DNA from: an uncultured Acidimicrobiia bacterium
GTDB taxonomy: Bacteria > Actinomycetota > Acidimicrobiia > IMCC26256 > JAENVU01
Reading direction: 5' to 3'
Assembly: GCA_963752335.1 (NCBI GenBank)
Contig: CAVVXW010000003.1
Location: 274,672-338,671 of the forward strand
DNA length: 64,000 nucleotides
This document shows, piece by piece, positions 59,774-64,000 of this stretch. The number at the start of each line of letters is the position of its first letter. Within the stretch, counting starts at the first letter, position 1. Under the pieces are notes generated by a model. The model was not told the DNA's origin, ran no database searches, and worked only from the letters and a program-made list of their open reading frames with translations. Position numbers and translations under genes: made by a program.

Positions 59774-60988
59774 GTGACCGGATTCCGGTACGTGGCGGTG
59801 ACGCCCGAGGGTTCCAAGGTGCGGGCGAAGGCCGAGGCGGTCAACGCCGACAGCCTGCGCAACGAGCTGCTCGCGCAGCAGCTCGACGTGAAGAAGATCC
59901 GCCGCCGGCGCAAGTTCACCGAGATCGAGATCACGCCGCGCAAGGTGCCCCGCTCGGACATCATGCACTTCTCGCGCCAGGTCGCCGCGTTCGTCCGTGC
60001 CGGCATCCCGCTCGTCGAGGCGCTCGAGACCGTGCGCGAGACCGCGTCGAACGCGCGACTCTCCGAGATCCTCACCGAGACCGCCGAGCTGATCCAGGTC
60101 GGGGTCCCGTTCTCGGACGCGCTCGATCGCCACCGCGACGTCTTCCCGCCGTACTACATCGGGATCCTGCGCTCGGCGGAGATCACCGGCCGGCTCGACA
60201 CCGTGCTCGAGCAGCTCTCGACCTACATCGAGCGGGACATGGAGTCGCGCCAGAAGATCCGCTCTGCGCTCACCTACCCGCTCGTGATCTTCGTGATGTC
60301 GATCATCACCGTGGTGATCCTGGTCTCGTACGTGCTGCCCAAGTTCATCGACTTCTTCAAGGAGTTCGACGCCGAGCTCCCCACCGTGACCAAGGTCCTG
60401 CTCGACGTCGCCCGGTTCTTCGAGGACTGGTGGTGGGTGATGGCGCTCGTGGTCCTCGTGCTCGTGCTCGGCCTGGCCCGGGCGAACCGGACTCCGAGGG
60501 GGCGCCTGGCGCGCGACCGGACGGTGCTCCGCCTGCCCGTGTTCGGCGAGGTGGTCCAGTACACGCTGATCGAGCGGTTCTGCCGGATCATCGCGGCGAT
60601 GATGCACGCCGGCGTACCCCTGCCCGAGGCGATGCAGGCCGCGATCGACAGTGCCAACAACCAGGTGTACTCGGCCGCGCTCGAGGACGTGCGCGACGCG
60701 ATGCTCGAAGGCGAGGGCATGGCCCGCCCGATCGTCAACACGGGCTTGTTCCCGCCCGCGGCCACCCAGATGATGCGGGTCGGCGAGGAGACCGGCACAC
60801 TGGACCAGCAGATGGAGGCCGCGGCGGACTTCTTCGCCAAGGAGCTGGACTACAAGCTGGCCCGGCTCACCGCGCTGGCCGAGCCCGCGGTGATCGTGGT
60901 CATGGGTCTGATCGTGGGCTTCGTGGCCGTCGCACTGGTCTCCGCGATGTACGGCATCTTCCAGGGCAACAGCACGCTCAAGGGCTGA
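59774..60988 (+). CDS. pilC: Type IV pilus platform protein (GspF/PilC family)
   Basis: Two T2SSF repeats (FSRQVAAFVRAGIPLVEAL and FCRIIAAMMHAGVPLPEAM). Three hydrophobic segments. Confidence 0.9.
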   Translation: MTGFRYVAVTPEGSKVRAKAEAVNADSLRNELLAQQLDVKKIRRRRKFTEIEITPRKVPRSDIMHFSRQVAAFVRAGIPLVEALETVRETASNARLSEILTETAELIQVGVPFSDALDRHRDVFPPYYIGILRSAEITGRLDTVLEQLSTYIERDMESRQKIRSALTYPLVIFVMSIITVVILVSYVLPKFIDFFKEFDAELPTVTKVLLDVARFFEDWWWVMALVVLVLVLGLARANRTPRGRLARDRTVLRLPVFGEVVQYTLIERFCRIIAAMMHAGVPLPEAMQAAIDSANNQVYSAALEDVRDAMLEGEGMARPIVNTGLFPPAATQMMRVGEETGTLDQQMEAAADFFAKELDYKLARLTALAEPAVIVVMGLIVGFVAVALVSAMYGIFQGNSTLKG

Positions 60989-60998
60989 CCCGCACCGC

Positions 60999-62090
60999 TC
61001 AACCGGCGGACGCCGCGCTCCAGCTCGGAGGCTTGATCTCCTTCGGGTAGAGGCTGCGGTCCACCGCGTCGTCGTAGGTGATGACCCCTTCCTCGACGAG
61101 CGCGTTGAGCGCGGACTCCATGGTCTGCATGCCGTCGCGCATGTTGGTGGCCACGATGTTGCGGAGCTGGTGGGTCTTGCCGTCGCGGACCAGGTTGCGG
61201 ATCGGGTTGGTGGCCACGATCACCTCGAACGCGGCGATCATCCCACCGCCGACGCGCGGGATCAGCCGCTGGCTGACCACGCCGCACAGCGCGGCCGCGA
61301 GCTGGACCCGGATCTGGGCCTGCCGATCGGCGGGGAAGACGTCGACGATGCGGTCGAGCGCGGTGGCGGCGTCGTTGGTGTGCAACGTCGCGAACACGAG
61401 GTGGCCGGTCTCGGCGATGGTGAGCGCGAACTGCATGGTCTCGGCGTCGCGCATCTCACCCACGAGCATGACGTCCGGATCTTCGCGGAGTGCGCTGCGC
61501 AGGGCGCGCTCGAACGAGTCGGTGTCCACACCGACCTCACGCTGGTTGACCGCGGCGCGCCGGTGCAGGTGCACGTACTCGATCGGGTCCTCGATGGTGA
61601 GGATGTGGCACTCGCGGGTGCGGTTGATGAAGTCGATCAGCGACGCCTGGGTGGTGGACTTTCCCGATCCGGTCGGTCCGGTGACGAGCAGCAGGCCTTG
61701 GGGCAGGCCCGCGAAGTACTCGAGGATCGGCGGCAGGCCCAGCTCGGCGAACGTCGGGATCTCGTAGGGGATCGCCCGCAGGGCGAGCGCGGTGGTGCCC
61801 TGCTGGCGGAACACGTTGGCTCGAAAGCGGATCTCCTCGCGCCACGAGAACGAGAAGTCGATCTCCTTCTCGCGGTGGAAGCGCTCGGCCAGCTCGGGGT
61901 CCAGCAATCCGAGCACGAGCCGGTCCACGTGCGCGGCGTCGAGTGGGGGCTCGTCGATCGGGGTGAGCTTGCCGTCGATGCGCAGGAGGGGAGGGGCACC
62001 GACGCTGAGGTGGAGGTCGGTGGCGTTGTGGAGCGCGAGCACCGCGAGGTACTGCTCGATCGCGCTGAGGTCGACGGGGCCGCTGGTCAT
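60999..62090 (-). CDS. pilT: Twitching-motility (retraction) ATPase PilT
   Basis: LLLVTGPTGSGKSTT, ILTIEDPIEYVH, LREDPDVMLVGEMRD, GHLVFATLHTNDA. ATG at 62090 chosen inside track ORF 60999..62288. Confidence 0.88.
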   Translation of the reverse strand: MTSGPVDLSAIEQYLAVLALHNATDLHLSVGAPPLLRIDGKLTPIDEPPLDAAHVDRLVLGLLDPELAERFHREKEIDFSFSWREEIRFRANVFRQQGTTALALRAIPYEIPTFAELGLPPILEYFAGLPQGLLLVTGPTGSGKSTTQASLIDFINRTRECHILTIEDPIEYVHLHRRAAVNQREVGVDTDSFERALRSALREDPDVMLVGEMRDAETMQFALTIAETGHLVFATLHTNDAATALDRIVDVFPADRQAQIRVQLAAALCGVVSQRLIPRVGGGMIAAFEVIVATNPIRNLVRDGKTHQLRNIVATNMRDGMQTMESALNALVEEGVITYDDAVDRSLYPKEIKPPSWSAASAG

Positions 62091-62296
62091 GCGCCCATTC
62101 TCGTCGCGCGTCGGCCGCGCGCGCAGGGTGGTGGCGCGGATGGGTCGCCCGAACCATTTCCGGCGTTTCGGGGCATCCGGCCTACCCAACATGAGGGAGT
62201 TCTCGGTACCTTCACCCTGCTGTGCCGGCTGTCGCCGGACGGTTGGGAGCGCCCCGGAGCATCCGGGGCCGGGGACACACAAGGACACCGATACCC

Positions 62297-62695
62297 GTGC
62301 TGCACCACCTTCGCGAGAAGCGCCACGACAAGAGCCTGCTCGAGCAGGGCTTCACGCTCGTCGAGCTCCTGGTGGTGATCGTCATCCTCGGCATCCTCGC
62401 CGCGGTGGTGGTCTTCGCCGTCGGCGGCTCGACCAAGGACGCGGCGACGAACGCGTGCCTTGCCGAGCGAAGCACGGTCGAGTCCGCGGTCGAGGCCTGG
62501 GTGGCCGTGTCGGATGCCCATCCCGGGCAGCCCCAGGAGCCGGATACGGCGAATCTGACGAGTGGCTTCGCCGATGACACTCCACCCAAACCGTTCCTCA
62601 AGCACGCGCCGCACTACTGGGATGTGAACAACGGTGTGCTCTCGCGGCACCAAACGACGAACCCCGACACGACGAAGTGCGACACGAACACCTGA
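62297..62695 (+). CDS. Type IV pilin / pseudopilin (prepilin-type N-terminal methylation domain)
   Basis: Class III signal ...LLEQG|FTLVELLVVIVILGILAAVVVFAV. GTG at 62297 chosen. The track start at 62222 would give an even longer leader. Confidence 0.8.
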   Translation: MLHHLREKRHDKSLLEQGFTLVELLVVIVILGILAAVVVFAVGGSTKDAATNACLAERSTVESAVEAWVAVSDAHPGQPQEPDTANLTSGFADDTPPKPFLKHAPHYWDVNNGVLSRHQTTNPDTTKCDTNT

Positions 62696-64000
62696 TCAGC
62701 TGACCCGATCAACTGCGATCTGCTTGGCCCACGCGTAGTCGGCCTTGCCGTTCGGGCCCCGCGTCACCTCGTCGACGAAGACGACGTGTCGCGGGGCCTT
62801 GAACGTGGAGATGCTCTCCTTGACCACCGCGACGACGTCCTCCGCCGTCGCCTCGTCTCCCGGACGGAGTGAGACGAGCGCGGTGATCGCCTCGCCGAAC
62901 TTCTCGTCCGGCACACCGACGACGATCGCGTCGGCGACCGCGGGGTGGCGCTTGACCGCCTCCTCGACCTCCTCGGGGAAGATCTTCTCGCCGCCGGAGT
63001 TGATCGACACGCTGCCACGCCCGAGCAGCTCGATGGTGCCGTCGGCGCCCACCTTCGCCCAGTCGCCCGGGATCGAGTACCGCTTGCCGTCGAACACCCG
63101 GAAGGTGGCCGCGGACTTGTCGGGATCCTTGTAGTAGCCGAGTGGGATCGGGCCGCCCAGCGCGAGCAGGCCCCGCTCGTCCGATCCGGGCTCGACCTCG
63201 CGTCCGTCCTCGGTGAGCACCTTGGCGTGGCCGCCGATCGAGAACTTCGCGGTGGTCGCCTCCATCCCGGGCGCGCTGATCTGCTGCGCGAATCCGACCC
63301 CCTCGCTCGAGCCGAGCGAGTCGAGGCAGATGAACTGGCCCCGCTCCATGAGCGCCTGCTTGACCTCGGCCGTCCACATCACGCCCGAGCTGATGATCAG
63401 ACCGAGCGAGGAGAGGTCGTAGGGCGCGTTGTCGGTCTCGGACTCCTCGAGCGCGCGGACCATCGGCTTGCCGAACGCGTCGCCGACGATCGCCATCTGC
63501 GTCACGTGCTCGCGCTCGACCGCCTTCCACAGCTCGTGGGCGTCGAAGCTGCGCGACTCCAGCGTGACGACGGCGCCGCCGGCGGTGAGCGCCTGGAGCG
63601 AGCTCATGAACCCGGTGCCGTGCATCAGGGGCGACGCCGGCAGGTGGACGGGGGTACGCGCGTTCGCCGCGATCTCGGCGGCGACGCGGGCACCGTCCTC
63701 GGGAGACTCGGGTGGCGCGGCGCCGAGCAGCCCCAGCACCGCCGGCACGAGCGTCTCGTAGAGATCCTCGTTCCGCCACATGACGCCCTTGGGCATTCCC
63801 GTCGTGCCACCGGTGTAGAGGATGTAGAGGTCGTCCCCGGACTTCTCGACGCGCGCCGCGGGTTCGTGCCCCGCCACGAGGTCCTCGTAGCGGTGCGCAC
63901 CCTCCACGAGTGGGTGGCCGTCGTCGACCTGCACGATCGCCTTGAGCCTCGGGACCTCGCGCCACACCTTGGCCACGTGCTCGCCGAGGACACCGTGGAA
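62696..64000 (-). CDS. AMP-dependent synthetase/ligase (long-chain acyl-CoA synthetase-like). The 5' end lies beyond the window.
   Basis: AMP-binding motif YILYTGGTTGMPKGV and the C-terminal GKADY. The ORF is still open at 64000. Confidence 0.85.
   Translation of the reverse strand, partial: FHGVLGEHVAKVWREVPRLKAIVQVDDGHPLVEGAHRYEDLVAGHEPAARVEKSGDDLYILYTGGTTGMPKGVMWRNEDLYETLVPAVLGLLGAAPPESPEDGARVAAEIAANARTPVHLPASPLMHGTGFMSSLQALTAGGAVVTLESRSFDAHELWKAVEREHVTQMAIVGDAFGKPMVRALEESETDNAPYDLSSLGLIISSGVMWTAEVKQALMERGQFICLDSLGSSEGVGFAQQISAPGMEATTAKFSIGGHAKVLTEDGREVEPGSDERGLLALGGPIPLGYYKDPDKSAATFRVFDGKRYSIPGDWAKVGADGTIELLGRGSVSINSGGEKIFPEEVEEAVKRHPAVADAIVVGVPDEKFGEAITALVSLRPGDEATAEDVVAVVKESISTFKAPRHVVFVDEVTRGPNGKADYAWAKQIAVDRVS

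Noticed and set aside
1-64000. Mobile genetic elements, prophage, tRNA/rRNA genes and defence systems
   Set aside because: I recognised no transposase, integrase, phage structural genes or restriction/abortive-infection motifs, and no tRNA-like cloverleaf regions in the few intergenic gaps. Absence is judged by eye only. A tRNAscan/Infernal run would be the proper test.

Overview
This is a very GC-rich (roughly 70% by eye) bacterial chromosome segment. The right half follows the classic actinobacterial housekeeping order: infA-rpmJ-rpsM-rpsK-rpsD-rpoA-rplQ-truA, then rplM-rpsI-glmM, a long glmS-like gene, and acpS-nnr-alr-tsaE-tsaB-rimI-tsaD-groES. After groES come type IV pilus genes (pilB-pilC, a convergent pilT, a pilin) and a truncated acyl-CoA synthetase. 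The left half (about 0.5-31.6 kb) is one large accessory cell-surface glycan locus. It holds at least 9 glycosyltransferases, a UDP-sugar dehydrogenase, a GNAT, an MBL-fold protein and a Wzm/Wzt ABC exporter. Most strikingly, it holds eleven ORFs with sulfotransferase-type PAPS-binding motifs. These fall into several paralogue families, with tandem and dispersed duplications and long chains of ATGA/GTGA-coupled genes. An HprK-related kinase/PqqD-domain pair sits at the left edge. I read this as machinery for a heavily sulfated polysaccharide, and it is the most interesting candidate system in the window. Caveat: the sequence has many single-base reading-frame breaks, six in the glycan locus and dozens between 40.6 and 57.1 kb in essential genes. 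Most shift the frame by +1 and several sit at G/C runs, so assembly indel error is the likeliest cause. Coordinates for the broken genes were reconstructed by stitching frames by eye. Most long ORFs in the six-frame track are GC-driven shadow ORFs. I recognised no rRNA, tRNA, CRISPR array, transposase or integrase.
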